Assembly: GCA_903831305.1 (NCBI GenBank)
Contig: CAIKXE010000004.1
Span: forward strand, 9,026-73,025
Direction: 5' to 3'
From: an uncultured bacterium
GTDB taxonomy: Bacteria > Patescibacteriota > Minisyncoccia > Phycocordibacterales > GWA1-40-21
DNA length: 64,000 nt
In this document: in pieces, positions 21,501 through 30,296 of the stretch
Numbering within the stretch: the first letter of the stretch is position 1
Layout: each line of letters begins with the position of its first letter
The notes under the pieces: generated by a model
What the model was told of the DNA's origin: nothing
Seen by the model: the letters and a program-made list of their open reading frames with translations, nothing else
Database searches by the model: none
Translations under genes and position numbers: made by a program

Positions 21501-24500
21501 AACAACTGTAAATTTGATATAGCCCTTTCCCCGAGCCACTGTCTGCCAAATTTTAGATTCAAACGTCTCCCAATTTATCTCCACAAATTCAGGTACATAC
21601 CACTGATTATCTACTTGTAAAAGAATATAATACACACCAGGAGTAGATGGAGCAATAAAAGATGCTCCTTGTTTTTCTAAAGAAAAATTATTACTATTCC
21701 AACCTTTTGGACAATCAAACCCCTCGCAACCACCTCCTTCATAGCGCCCATTGTTTATAATATAAGTTTCTTTATTATAAGGGTCAGTACCTACGGGAGA
21801 AGAAGACTGTAAAATATCTGATCTTTTAATAACTAATTGTTGAGGAGCATTACTACAAGCATAGCTTGATAAACTACCGGTAATATAAAACTCTTCATTT
21901 GGTGAAAGGATGAGCTGAGGAGCCGTTATGGTCATGGTTGTCACATTTCCACCGATATTATAAGCTGTATTAGAAGTCCAGACCACACTATTGGCACTAG
22001 CACTATCAAACGCCAAGAAAGAAGAAATCAGAACTAACACAAAAACTAATATAGTTTTCATCTCCTTTCTTTTTCTAAAAATATAAACACTGATAGACAA
22101 AATAATAACAGACAGAACGCCGAGTAAATAAAAGATGGCTTTACTTGTCGTCTGGGTATTCCCAGTCACCTCATTAGTATAGGTCGTGATAATATTATCA
22201 TTATCATCAGTCACTTTTATATCAATAAATATATTTTGTGCAGAAGCTTTTGCCTTTAAGGAAATGTCCAAAGAGATACCTTTGTTAAAATCTAATTTTC
22301 GGCTATAAGCAGACACAATTTCCTTGTTTTCGTTTAGAATATTTATAAACAGATTAAGTGGATTTTCTTTTACTGTCGGACCTAGATCAATATCCAGTGG
22401 GGCTCCGGTATAGACCATGTTAAAATTATAAGTATCCCCAACCTTCAAAATATTTTTGTTCAATGAGACAGATTGGATAGCTGCCACTGACCCCGTCACA
22501 ATGTATCTTGCTAAAACAGTCGGAGTGACTTTAATAGCATCTGAGTTTAAAAAATCAACGGACAGCTCATAAACTCCTGACTTGTCTAAATATGAAATCC
22601 CCCACTGAAATAGTTTTGTAGTACTGGCAGAAATAGTTATAGGATCAAGCCTATAACTAGTAATCAAATTCCCCGATACGGTCCGATCATATATTTTAAT
22701 CTCAGGGGTTAAAACCTGTCCCGTAGTAAAAGGATTCTCTACATTTATGTAAAGTGTTCCTTTCTTATCTGGGGAGAGAGTCGGCCCCTCCTGCAATCCA
22801 TATTTTTTCTCTCCTATCGTTAGATAAGCATCACTGACCTTTAAAAGTGAGTTATCCCCAGTAACTTCAATAAACTTATCCTTCCAAGACAAAGGCATGC
22901 CGGCCGCAGTATAAAACTGAATTTGAATACCTAAGGCTTTTCCTGAAAAGTTAGTCGGCAGTAAATAACTAAAATTAATTTGTTTCATTTCTCCCGCCTT
23001 TAGAAAAACCGGGCCGTATGACTTACTATCATAAATGACGCCCGCCAAACCGTTTCTCCGATACTCCCCAGCCAAAGAAACCGTATATTTTAAATCTGGC
23101 AAATTATAGTCCTTATCATTTTTCAAAGTAAAAGTTCCTGTTACTTCTTCACCAGCGGAATATTTATCCTTGGGCAGAGAAATATTTTTAATCTCCACTG
23201 ATGGCAGATTATTCAGCTCCGCTATCTCAGCCGGAGTAGCCTGAACTTCATAAGTGTCACCATTATTGGTTTGAGCCAAGACCGTATTAGCTGAAAAAAT
23301 TAAACTGCAAGACACTCCAATAAACAAAAATGTTTTCAGCATTTTATTTTTTTTATAAAACACACTGATAATAATTATTGCTAATAAAACCAAAAGCCCT
23401 AACGCCCATAAAACACCAGGAAAGCCGGTCGAAACGTTATTGCCTGTTATTTCGTGATTATAAGAGGTAATTTTGTCACCCTTGGCATCGGTCACTACCA
23501 CATTTACAAATACCCTGCTAGCACCAGCATTAGCGGTCAAAGGAACTTCTAATACGACTCCTTTATTAAAATCTAATTTACCATTATAGCTTGATACGAG
23601 GCGAGCCTCCTCATTCAAAATAGTAACTGATACATTGAGTACATTTTCCTTAAGAACAGAGGGTTGATCTATATCTTTTGGTATTCCCGTATAAACCATC
23701 TTAAAATTAAACTCCTTACCAGATTTTAAAGTATTCTTGTCTAGAGTGATCTGCTGAATAGTGGCCATCGGTCCGCTGATAACATATTTGACCAAGGTGG
23801 TCGGTGCTACTTTCACTTTTTGGCTGTTATAAAAGTTTACGGCCACTTCATAAATACCAGGCTTATCTAAATATGAGATTTCCGAGGAAAAAGATTTTGT
23901 ACCCCTAGCAGAAATTGTAAATGGTTTTAAAGTGGTGGTTTTAAGCAATGCCCCCATGGCTGATTGGTCATAGATTTTAATTTCGGGGGTGAGGGTTCGT
24001 TCCTGATTAAAAGGATTTTCCAGCTTTACATTTATTACCGCTTTCTTAGTGGCTGACAAAGTCGGCCCTGATGATACAGAATATTTATTATTCCCAATAT
24101 TAAGATAAGCATCAGCTATTTTCATCATTGAGTTTCCACCTGTTACTTCAAGAGGTTTATCCTTCCAAACCAAAGGTAGCCCGGTAGAGGTATAGAGCTC
24201 TATGCGGAGTCCCAAGTTTGACCCAGCTACATTACTTGGTAACAAATAACCAAAACTAATTTCTTTTGTTTCACCAGACTTCAAAAAAACAGGACCGTAA
24301 AACCGGCTATCGTATATTTCTCTCGCCAGACCATCAGCCCCATACCCGCCTACTAAAGATATCTGGTATTTCAAATCAGGAATGCTGTAGCCTTTAATAT
24401 TTTTAATAACAAATACTCCCGCTACTCCTTCGCCTTGAGTATAGGTAGATTTGGCTGGAGAAATATCTTTGATCTCAATTACGGGCAGACTGTCTGTCTT

Positions 24501-24632
24501 GGCCAACTCCTCTAGAGTGGTTTGCACCAAATCCATATTTCGGTTTACTGTCTGGGCTGAGGCGCTAGGGAGAAAAAAGCCAGACCCCAACAAAACCAAA
24601 GCCAAGACAGAGATCAAGAGAAGTTTTTTCAT
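15558..24632 (-). CDS. Giant surface protein (3024 aa): two duplicated ~400-aa membrane-anchored modules, then FN3-like, PKD-like, divergent InlB B-repeat and Cys-rich repeats
   Basis: N-terminal signal peptide; duplicated LP.(I/V)EIK.IS..K..Y..GE.V.G.F modules; repeated FxGWSGGGCSGT and SCSVSP...VTWTA motifs; internal DNA repeats (e.g. ~19290-19430 vs ~19800-19940). Confidence 0.8.
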   Translation of the reverse strand: MKKLLLISVLALVLLGSGFFLPSASAQTVNRNMDLVQTTLEELAKTDSLPVIEIKDISPAKSTYTQGEGVAGVFVIKNIKGYSIPDLKYQISLVGGYGADGLAREIYDSRFYGPVFLKSGETKEISFGYLLPSNVAGSNLGLRIELYTSTGLPLVWKDKPLEVTGGNSMMKIADAYLNIGNNKYSVSSGPTLSATKKAVINVKLENPFNQERTLTPEIKIYDQSAMGALLKTTTLKPFTISARGTKSFSSEISYLDKPGIYEVAVNFYNSQKVKVAPTTLVKYVISGPMATIQQITLDKNTLKSGKEFNFKMVYTGIPKDIDQPSVLKENVLNVSVTILNEEARLVSSYNGKLDFNKGVVLEVPLTANAGASRVFVNVVVTDAKGDKITSYNHEITGNNVSTGFPGVLWALGLLVLLAIIIISVFYKKNKMLKTFLFIGVSCSLIFSANTVLAQTNNGDTYEVQATPAEIAELNNLPSVEIKNISLPKDKYSAGEEVTGTFTLKNDKDYNLPDLKYTVSLAGEYRRNGLAGVIYDSKSYGPVFLKAGEMKQINFSYLLPTNFSGKALGIQIQFYTAAGMPLSWKDKFIEVTGDNSLLKVSDAYLTIGEKKYGLQEGPTLSPDKKGTLYINVENPFTTGQVLTPEIKIYDRTVSGNLITSYRLDPITISASTTKLFQWGISYLDKSGVYELSVDFLNSDAIKVTPTVLARYIVTGSVAAIQSVSLNKNILKVGDTYNFNMVYTGAPLDIDLGPTVKENPLNLFINILNENKEIVSAYSRKLDFNKGISLDISLKAKASAQNIFIDIKVTDDNDNIITTYTNEVTGNTQTTSKAIFYLLGVLSVIILSISVYIFRKRKEMKTILVFVLVLISSFLAFDSASANSVVWTSNTAYNIGGNVTTMTITAPQLILSPNEEFYITGSLSSYACSNAPQQLVIKRSDILQSSSPVGTDPYNKETYIINNGRYEGGGCEGFDCPKGWNSNNFSLEKQGASFIAPSTPGVYYILLQVDNQWYVPEFVEINWETFESKIWQTVARGKGYIKFTVVPPVEIRAKTSDVCDGFVILNWNSVPGITSYQVYKKNASGTVFVSTVTGISYELNAVIGDSFAIKPLITGVDPANIPFSNFATAVPSAPCIITPTPIPSPKVSCSANRSSAKVGQLVTWTAVATDGTAPYRYRFTDERSGLEMATTSSANTTIVYSTPGTYAFSVKVIDQANKESFSNCSNQVVVGPGLDVSCSYLGKSSYDENYGDALQWTASASNGDAPYTYTWKGDPTSLLNSLPGDSLNTVWQEYNSQTKTRYTVEVTATDSSSISASSTCEVVIDPYIPCAGKIPPNGIACSETITNVGGTWSEVFICPAIVSNCQYKTISAPSSLTAQATPGQCGGFTTLSWQPVTGVTGYKVYRGTETTPLVTTTVTSYTLLASTTDTFTVRSYLDTQESVSSNSVNGVPSAPCPVPVAGACSLPLVVNTCAIEGTFTNTEDTADTSFWTCNGQYGGASTTCSLPYPVLTVSKSGSSGTGLVTSTSSIPVTPVINCDADCKNASITVIPGADIILTANPIPGNTFIGWSGGGCSGTALTCTFTMSTTTTVFARFGLGAPNLTATTSASCGGNISLNWDAIPGAAGYHIYKSIDGVVFTPLYETPATSYIASSTGQYFQVKAVDVGQTESLASNSVSPIPSVSCTSTLTVTKIGTGTGTVSGGGISCGAGCLATSTSVINGTTVTLTATPTTGSAFVGWSGGGCSGTALTCTFTMSTTTTVFARFGLGAPNLTATTSASCGGNISLNWGTIPGAKGYNIYVSSNDVVFTLLRYTVNISYVASSTAGQTFRVKAVDNGNAESAFSSSATAVPSGPCTSTLTVTKTGTGTGTVSGGGVICGATCLATSTSVINGTTVTLTATSTAGHIFVGWQGGVCSGTALTCTFTMSTSTTVTAQFNLGAPTSLVATAAQCGGYTTLSWRPVPGTTGYKVYRGTETTPLVTTPVLAYTLLASTTDTFTVRSYLGTQESTSSSAVHGVPSAPCPPTTITAESAGQCGGYTTIRWSTVPGVTGYYVYKGTNRIATTTATSTTATSSATDLFMVSSYLGAKESALSVGVFGAPSNPCNPACGTVADEVRPAGIDRSTPPDTAEEKCQVGIASAINGDANGPWNWTCTEVTSSVTCTVTPPPVPPPAYCGTFNATTTAIAPSTNEEKCRVGIPSDITGGIDAPWTWTCSSAGYVSSCSTTFPAAPLLASCSVSPSTAAIGETVTWTATPTGGVGDYTYSWVGPNLTGNNSAAATTSYSEADDYYGQVTVTDQDANEYTVSCDNHVTITPDPTVSCSGTRYYDDPLNIPSGKISWLATSYNTGNPNYFWNGDLSSTSATFLQNIVTGTTKYIANIKVIDSVNNKTATSSCEIQTNGVDGTCGVPKDTCPTGDFVDVADEGATYKWDCNGRYGGLNAQCSACMDTPTEPANTYCGSANGTARTTAPNTDTEKCDIGTASAVVGGSTGPWTWSCSNNCYVSTCSASAVVVPETATLSINRVGPGIVSDATTMILCGPAATDCVVTFPVGTTIALTATPDSGASFQGWSGGGCTGTGGCGFVLNTNTTINATFTPPPVVYPSCGSANGTTRTTAPSTLAEKCSIGTSGVVSDGTDSWSWTCANQGNEVSCSATKSGTFTVSCTVAPATVLTGDTVTWTATSTGGVGAYTYSWAGTNLTGKNTAIVTTSYATAGTYYGIATITRGTETSSANCVNSASENNVIVRDHLTASCSVTPATALTGQTVTWTATSTGGIGAYTYLWAGTNINGATTSVVNTSYTSVKNYTATSTINSGTETLSAGCPNLSVTTPPSPTCTDGQKNGNETDVDCGGSCPACEVSCTENCGGNPDEGDYCSSTAGECIGGATPSQSPYISGDWTCTKGTTISYCSGVPGSDLSCTVELTSPSSPIINRGSNSLWTATVYGPDGTYQYSWYIINRNNPITVANPHGTPISGSSTDNTYYYFLRTTGLNTVTAKVTDGTKVAYCSNNPSVTVVESGGSNSEF

Positions 24633-24835
24633 AATAAATTAATAATTATTAATAATAAATAGCTGGTAAATTAGCCCACCAAGTTTTTATTATAAAAACT
24701 TAAATGAGCAAACTACTGCCTCAGATAATTATACCATACCCCCGCTTGACAACAAGGGTAAATTTGCTATACTTGAGTAGTAAGGTTTCAGTTCGCCCAC
24801 AAAGCGGACTTAATTTTTTATCAAATAATAAGGAT

Positions 24836-24915
24836 GAGGGGTTGGAAGATATAGTTTAATTTTTTTGTCCGGACCCAACCAGACTAAAAAAATTAAATAT
24901 ATCCTTCCACCCCTC
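24836..24915. promoter_or_regulatory. Long inverted repeat in the nusA leader
   Basis: GAGGGGTTGGAAGATATAGTTTAATTTTTTTGTC...GACTAAAAAAATTAAATATATCCTTCCACCCCTC, downstream of a TTGACA...TGCTATACT promoter (~24746-24773). Confidence 0.6.
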
Positions 24916-24930
24916 CCAAAAATAAACAAC

Positions 24931-26121
24931 ATGGTAGATCTTAAAGTCTTAAACGCAGTGTTAGAACAACTAGAACAAGAAAGAGGTGTCCCCAAGGAAA
25001 AGATGCTTGAGGCTATTGGCATGTCCCTCGCGACCGCCTATAAGAAGGAATACGGTAAAAGAGGCCAGATTGTCAGGGCTAAATTTGACCTAAATACCGG
25101 TAAAACTGAGTTTGAACAGGTAAAAACCGTCGTAGAGAAGGATAATGTCATTATGCGTGATGAAAGTGAGATTGATTTGACCAAAAAGGAGGTTTTTAGC
25201 CATAAAACCGCTAATAAAGCCAGTGATGTGGAGGAAACTGAAGGTGATTTAGTCTATTTTAACCCGGAACACCATATTCTACTGGAAGATGCTAAAAAGA
25301 TTAAGAAAGGTATTGCCGCTGGTGATGAGATGATTTTCCCCTTGGAAGCCAAGGATGATTTCAGCCGTATTGCCGCTCAAACTGCCAAGCAGGTCATCAT
25401 TCAGAAGCTCCGCGAGGCGGAAAAAGTGTCTGTTTTGGGTGAATATGGCAAAAAAGAAGGTGAAATCGTCACTGGTTCCGTCCAAAGGATGGAAAGAGGT
25501 AACATTTTCATTGATATGGGGCGAGCAACCGCTATTTTGCCATTTGAAGAGCAAATTCCAGGTGAAAAGTATGCCCAAGGTGAGCGAATACGAGCTTATT
25601 TATATAGAGTAGAAGAGACCCCTAAGGGGATTTTCCTCAAATTATCCCGTTCTCACCCTAAATTCTTGGAAGAATTGTTTAAAATCGAAGCTCCAGAGGT
25701 GTTAAACGGTGTTGTGGTTATGAAAGCCATCGCTCGTGAGGCTGGTTCTCGTTCCAAGGTAGCCGTGGAATCCACGGACGCCCATATTGACCCCGTCGGA
25801 TCCCTGGTGGGTCAGCGTGGTGTGCGCGTGGCCACGGTTATGAGTGAGCTGGGTGGAGAAAAAATAGACATTATTGAATGGTCGGCTGATCCTAAGAGAT
25901 TCTTGGAAGATGCCTTGTCTCCGGCCAAAATCCTAAATGTGGAGATAGATGAGACAGAAAAGAAGGCTACGGTTGAAGTTTCTCCTGACCAACAGTCATT
26001 GGCTATCGGTAAAGGTGGACAAAACGTCCGTCTCGCCGCCAAGCTCACTGGTTGGAAGATAGATATCAAGTCCACCGCCGCTCCGGTGGCTGAAGAAACA
26101 GTAGAGAAAATAGAAGAGTAG
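24931..26121 (+). CDS. nusA: Transcription termination/antitermination factor NusA (start reassigned to 24931)
   Basis: RIAAQTAKQ, AREAGSRSK, GEKIDII and AIGKGGQNVRLA motifs. Confidence 0.95.
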   Translation: MVDLKVLNAVLEQLEQERGVPKEKMLEAIGMSLATAYKKEYGKRGQIVRAKFDLNTGKTEFEQVKTVVEKDNVIMRDESEIDLTKKEVFSHKTANKASDVEETEGDLVYFNPEHHILLEDAKKIKKGIAAGDEMIFPLEAKDDFSRIAAQTAKQVIIQKLREAEKVSVLGEYGKKEGEIVTGSVQRMERGNIFIDMGRATAILPFEEQIPGEKYAQGERIRAYLYRVEETPKGIFLKLSRSHPKFLEELFKIEAPEVLNGVVVMKAIAREAGSRSKVAVESTDAHIDPVGSLVGQRGVRVATVMSELGGEKIDIIEWSADPKRFLEDALSPAKILNVEIDETEKKATVEVSPDQQSLAIGKGGQNVRLAAKLTGWKIDIKSTAAPVAEETVEKIEE

Positions 26122-26188
26122 TACCGCCCTAACAAAAGCCCTCAGAATATACTTTCCGAATAAAGGGTGCAAAGCACTTCCACTAAAT

Positions 26189-26278
26189 CCCCACCTTAGT
26201 TAAGGCGGGGTGGTGAGGCTTTGCGAACCGGGGCGGTGTGTCTGTAGGGAGTACCGAGTCAGCGAGGGGAGGTGGTAT
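26189..26278. repeat. Family A REP-like element
   Basis: CCCCACCTTAGTTAAGGCGGGG...GGAGTACCGAGTCAGCGAGGGGGAGGTGGT; related copies at 28831-28890, 32147-32275 and 46845-46970. Confidence 0.8.
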
Positions 26279-26337
26279 AAAAAAACGGAAACAAACAAGG
26301 GCGGGAGGGGGTGCAGCACCCCCTCCCGCCCTTTCCG

Positions 26338-26553
26338 CTACTTCCGTGGTTTATGTAGCTTCTTAGTGGCATGCCACCGACGTGGCTTATGCTTTTGGGG
26401 TTTATTACTGTCGCACCACTTCTCAAAGCGCTGCCACCAGTCCAAACATTTACACACCACGATAGCACACAGAAGCACCGCACAACACAGAATACCGGCA
26501 AGAACCATCAGACCAAGGGTTTTAGCCTGCCATGTCATATTATCCCAGGTCAT
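26338..26553 (-). CDS. Small orphan membrane protein (Cys-rich TM segment, basic tail)
   Basis: SD AAGGAGG 5 nt before ATG; followed by a GC-rich hairpin (26297-26333) and a T-tract. Confidence 0.55.
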   Translation of the reverse strand: MTWDNMTWQAKTLGLMVLAGILCCAVLLCAIVVCKCLDWWQRFEKWCDSNKPQKHKPRRWHATKKLHKPRK

Positions 26554-26712
26554 CTCGCCCTCCTTAACCTTTTATGGTCTTCTATTTTTGCCCCTATTCC
26601 AAATCTATTCTTAATAATACATATAAATGACATAATTGAAAGAGTTTAAACAAGGTTGTCTTATTTCTAAAAATCCGCTATAGTAAACCACATTATTAGT
26701 TTATTAAGATAA

Positions 26713-26800
26713 GAGAGCAAACATATTTGATTTTAAAATGTCTGGCCGAAGTTCTGACGAGGAGATCCGAGGACTTTTAAAATTAAATATGTTTGCTCTC
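26713..26800. repeat. Family B palindromic element
   Basis: TTTGATTTTAAAATGTCTGGCCGAAGTTCTGACGAGGAGATCCGAGGACTTTTAAAATTAAAT core within a longer IR; copies at 36722-36820 (inverted) and 41143-41237. Confidence 0.85.
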
Positions 26801-26814
26801 GCAACAATAAAAAT

Positions 26815-28830
26815 ATGTCAGGATACATTTGGTTTGCACTCATCGCTTCGCTCGTCGCTATCATCTATGGTCTGGTTCTCGCCCGATCAATTTTAAAAAA
26901 GTCCGCTGGTAATGCCCGTATGCAAGAGATTGCCAAAGCAATTCAAGACGGTGCCGGGGCTTATTTAAATAAACAATACAAAACTATCGGTATCATTGCC
27001 GCCATTTTGTTTTTGATAATTGGTTTTATTCCTAAACTTGGTTGGACCATGGCTATTGGCTTCCTCGTCGGGGCCTTTCTCTCGGCTCTTGCCGGCTATA
27101 TCGGGATGAACGTTTCTGTCCGCGCCAATGTCCGTACTACTGAAGCCGCCAGAAGTGGCATCAACGCCGCCCTCTCCCTGGCCTTTAAAGGCGGTACGGT
27201 TACTGGTCTTCTCGTCGTCGGTCTCGCTCTTCTCGGTGTCACCGCTTTTTATGCTATCACCGGTAGTGTCACCGCTCTCGTTGGTCTTGGTTTTGGAGCC
27301 TCCCTCATTTCCGTTTTTGCCAGACTCGGTGGAGGAATATTCACCAAAGCGGCAGATGTGGGTGCAGACTTAGTGGGAAAACTGGAAGCGGGAATTCCTG
27401 AGGATGATCCTCGAAATCCAGGCGTAATTGCTGATAACGTCGGAGACAACGTCGGTGACTGTGCTGGTATGGCCGCTGACCTCTTTGAGACTTATGCCGT
27501 TACCTCGGTGGCTACCATGCTTCTTGGTTCACTTCTCTTTGTCGGTTTTCAAGGCGCTATTTTATATCCCCTTGCTATTGGTGGTATTGCTATCTTTGCT
27601 TCCATTATCGGTACTTGGTTTGTAAAACTCAGTGCTGGTAGCCAAAACATTATGGGTGCTCTCTACAAAGGATTGATCGTTTCCGGAATTCTCGCCGTGG
27701 TCGCCTTCTACCCTATTACCAAAATGTTGATGGGCGGTCAGAATCTTTATTCTGTCTGGGACCTTTTCATCTGCTCCCTTGTTGGTCTCGTAGTAACTGG
27801 CGCCCTCGTCGTTATCACTGAGTACTTCACTTCTACCAAATATTCTCCCGTCCAAAGTATTGCTAAAGCTTCCCTCTCCGGACACGGCACAAACGTTATC
27901 CAAGGTTTAGCTATTTCCATGAAGTCTACCGCTTGGCCTTTGATCACTATCGTCCTCGGTATCCTTATTACTTATTATTTTGGTGGGCTTTACGGTATAG
28001 CGGTGGCGGCTATGTCCATGCTTTCTATGACCGGTATTATTGTGGCCATTGATGCTTATGGCCCTATCACTGATAACGCTGGTGGTATTGCGGAAATGGC
28101 GGAATTACCAGAATCCGTTCGTGATGTCACTGATCCTTTGGACGCTGTGGGTAACACCACCAAAGCTGTCACCAAGGGTTATGCTATCGGTTCCGCTGGT
28201 CTCGCTGCCCTTGTCCTCTTTGCTTCTTATACGGAGGAAATTGTCAAAGCCGGCAAAACTATTTCTTTTGACTTAAGCAATCCTTACGTTATCGTCGGTC
28301 TCTTTATTGGCGGTCTTCTCCCTTATTATTTTGGTGCTCTCTGTATGGAGGCCGTGGGTAAGACTGCCGGCAAGGTGGTAGAGGAAGTCCGCCGACAGTT
28401 CAAAGAGATCAAAGGTATTATGGATGGAACCGGCAAGCCAGATTATGCGGAGTGTGTTTCTATCGTGACTGGTGCGGCTATCAAGCAGATGATCATTCCC
28501 GCCCTGATTCCTGTCCTTACTCCTATCCTCATCGTCTTAATTTTTGGTAAAGATAATGGCCTAGTGGTCCTCGGTGGTTTGCTTATGGGTTCTATTGTCA
28601 CCGGTCTCTTCGTCGCTATCTCTATGACTTCTGGTGGTGGCGCTTGGGACAATGCCAAGAAATATATTGAGAAAGGAAACTTTGGTGGTAAAGGTAGCGA
28701 TGCCCACAAGGCCGCCGTCACTGGTGACACCGTGGGTGATCCTTACAAGGATACTGCTGGCCCCGCTATCAACCCCATGATCAAGATTCTAAACATTGTG
28801 GCTCTTATTATTGTCGCGCTGATGGTGTAG
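26815..28830 (+). CDS. hppA: Membrane pyrophosphatase, predicted K+-independent H+-PPase
   Basis: [18 protein letters not shown] and DNVGDNVGD motifs; GNTTKA carries the Lys that marks the K+-independent subfamily. Confidence 0.93.
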   Translation: MSGYIWFALIASLVAIIYGLVLARSILKKSAGNARMQEIAKAIQDGAGAYLNKQYKTIGIIAAILFLIIGFIPKLGWTMAIGFLVGAFLSALAGYIGMNVSVRANVRTTEAARSGINAALSLAFKGGTVTGLLVVGLALLGVTAFYAITGSVTALVGLGFGASLISVFARLGGGIFTKAADVGADLVGKLEAGIPEDDPRNPGVIADNVGDNVGDCAGMAADLFETYAVTSVATMLLGSLLFVGFQGAILYPLAIGGIAIFASIIGTWFVKLSAGSQNIMGALYKGLIVSGILAVVAFYPITKMLMGGQNLYSVWDLFICSLVGLVVTGALVVITEYFTSTKYSPVQSIAKASLSGHGTNVIQGLAISMKSTAWPLITIVLGILITYYFGGLYGIAVAAMSMLSMTGIIVAIDAYGPITDNAGGIAEMAELPESVRDVTDPLDAVGNTTKAVTKGYAIGSAGLAALVLFASYTEEIVKAGKTISFDLSNPYVIVGLFIGGLLPYYFGALCMEAVGKTAGKVVEEVRRQFKEIKGIMDGTGKPDYAECVSIVTGAAIKQMIIPALIPVLTPILIVLIFGKDNGLVVLGGLLMGSIVTGLFVAISMTSGGGAWDNAKKYIEKGNFGGKGSDAHKAAVTGDTVGDPYKDTAGPAINPMIKILNIVALIIVALMV

Positions 28831-28890
28831 CTCCCCTTTCCCCACCTTAGTCAAGGCGGGGTGTCTGTTCTGACAGACGGGGCGGTTGGT
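28831..28890. repeat. Family A REP-like element
   Basis: CCCCTTTCCCCACCTTAGTCAAGGCGGGGTG...GGGGCGGTTG. Confidence 0.75.
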
Positions 28891-28989
28891 CAGGTATTGA
28901 ATTTAAAATTTTTAGTGTATAATAAACGTATGGAGATATTTTCTCCATACGTTTATTAATTAACTACTCGATTAAAATTCGAGAAAAAA

Positions 28990-29817
28990 ATGAAAAAAAT
29001 AATTGGTACTAGTATACTTGCCTTGTTATTAGTCATCCCGGTGCTCTCCGTTAGAGCGGAAACGGATACAGAGAAGCCAAAAACTGGCGCTGAACAGCAA
29101 ACAGAATGGCAAGGTTTAACTAACAAAGAAAAGGAGGCCAGGGCAATCGAAGCCTTAAGATTAAAAGGCATCAAAATTGAGGTGAGAGCAAGCTCTACTG
29201 AAGACCGGATAGAGGCTCACGAGGCCCGTCTAGAAAACAGAGAAAATAAATTTGATATCAAATATGATCGGAATATAAACAGGGCCAGCACCACTGAGAA
29301 AAGATTAGAGAATAGAGAGATGGATATTGAGAGAATCCGTGAAAGGCTAGCTTCAACCACGTCTTCTACTTCAGCCAAGAGAATAGAGCAGATTAATGAC
29401 CACTTAGAGAAGCAAAGAGAGCAGATGAAGCAAGTCAAGGAAAGATTATTAGAAAAGGAATTGAAAGTATTAGAGGTTTTGGGTGAAATTGCCTCTAAAA
29501 TACAAGAAAGGATAGCCATCCTAGCCGCCAAAGGATTAGATATGACTGTTGCCAAAGCTAAATTAGCTGAAGCCTCTATCAAGATTGAAGAAATAACCGC
29601 CGAGGGTCAAAGCCTAGCACTTTTGATTGAAACAGAGATTACCGAAGCTAACAAAGACCAGTTATTTTCAGACATAAAAACTTCGCAAGGCAAAATAAGG
29701 AGTTTAGCACAGGCCACACATGGTCTCTTGGTCGATACTATCAAAGAGATCACCAAGGTTCTACCCGCCAAGGTAATCCGGACCGCCACGACAACTATTC
29801 CAGACACCACAAATTAA
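28990..29817 (+). CDS. Secreted coiled-coil hypothetical protein
   Basis: Signal peptide ending VRA; E/K/R-rich helical body. Confidence 0.7.
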   Translation: MKKIIGTSILALLLVIPVLSVRAETDTEKPKTGAEQQTEWQGLTNKEKEARAIEALRLKGIKIEVRASSTEDRIEAHEARLENRENKFDIKYDRNINRASTTEKRLENREMDIERIRERLASTTSSTSAKRIEQINDHLEKQREQMKQVKERLLEKELKVLEVLGEIASKIQERIAILAAKGLDMTVAKAKLAEASIKIEEITAEGQSLALLIETEITEANKDQLFSDIKTSQGKIRSLAQATHGLLVDTIKEITKVLPAKVIRTATTTIPDTTN

Positions 29818-29844
29818 TTTATAAAATAATTTAACACATATCAT

Positions 29845-30093
29845 ATGGAAAACGAAACAACTAACACCATACCAACAGAAAATAAAGGCGGGTTCGGCGG
29901 TGTAGCCGGAGCGGTCATTATCGTCGCCATTATCATCATTGGTGGTTGGTATTTTATCGGTAATCGTGTGGAAAAAATTCAAGATCAAAAATCAGCCACT
30001 ACTTCTTCCCTACAAATCACCACCGGGACTTCAACTGAGATAGATGACATCCAAACAGACTTGGATAATTTGAATCTGAAAGTTTTGGATTAA
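29845..30093 (+). CDS. Small single-TM hypothetical protein
   Basis: GAVIIVAIIIIGGWYF TM segment; acidic C-terminus of a type common in CPR. Confidence 0.7.
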   Translation: MENETTNTIPTENKGGFGGVAGAVIIVAIIIIGGWYFIGNRVEKIQDQKSATTSSLQITTGTSTEIDDIQTDLDNLNLKVLD

Positions 30094-30104
30094 AATCACC
30101 AACA

Positions 30105-30260
30105 AAAAACCTCCAGCAAACCTTCGCAGCGATTAGTTCTGACGTTAAGCGAAGAAGGTTAGGCTGGAGGTTTTTTGTTTACAAACGGAAGCCCAGCAAA
30201 ACAATCTTCTTCGTTTAACGGAGTACCTAATCACTACGAAGATTGTTTACCGGGCTTCCA
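30105..30260. repeat. Two adjacent, oppositely oriented family C elements
   Basis: CGATTAGTTCTGACGTTAAGCG (30105-30177) and CGTTTAACGGAGTACCTAATCACT (30187-30260), each inside its own IR. Confidence 0.75.
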
Positions 30261-30296
30261 TTTTGCATTTTCTGTGTTTTTTGCTAGACTCTAGAA

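Noticed and set aside
26210-26649. Overlapping ORFs 26210-26614(+), 26259-26501(-) and 26371-26649(+)
   Set aside because: They run through repeats or hairpins and lack an RBS; 26338-26553(-) has an SD and terminator and is preferred.
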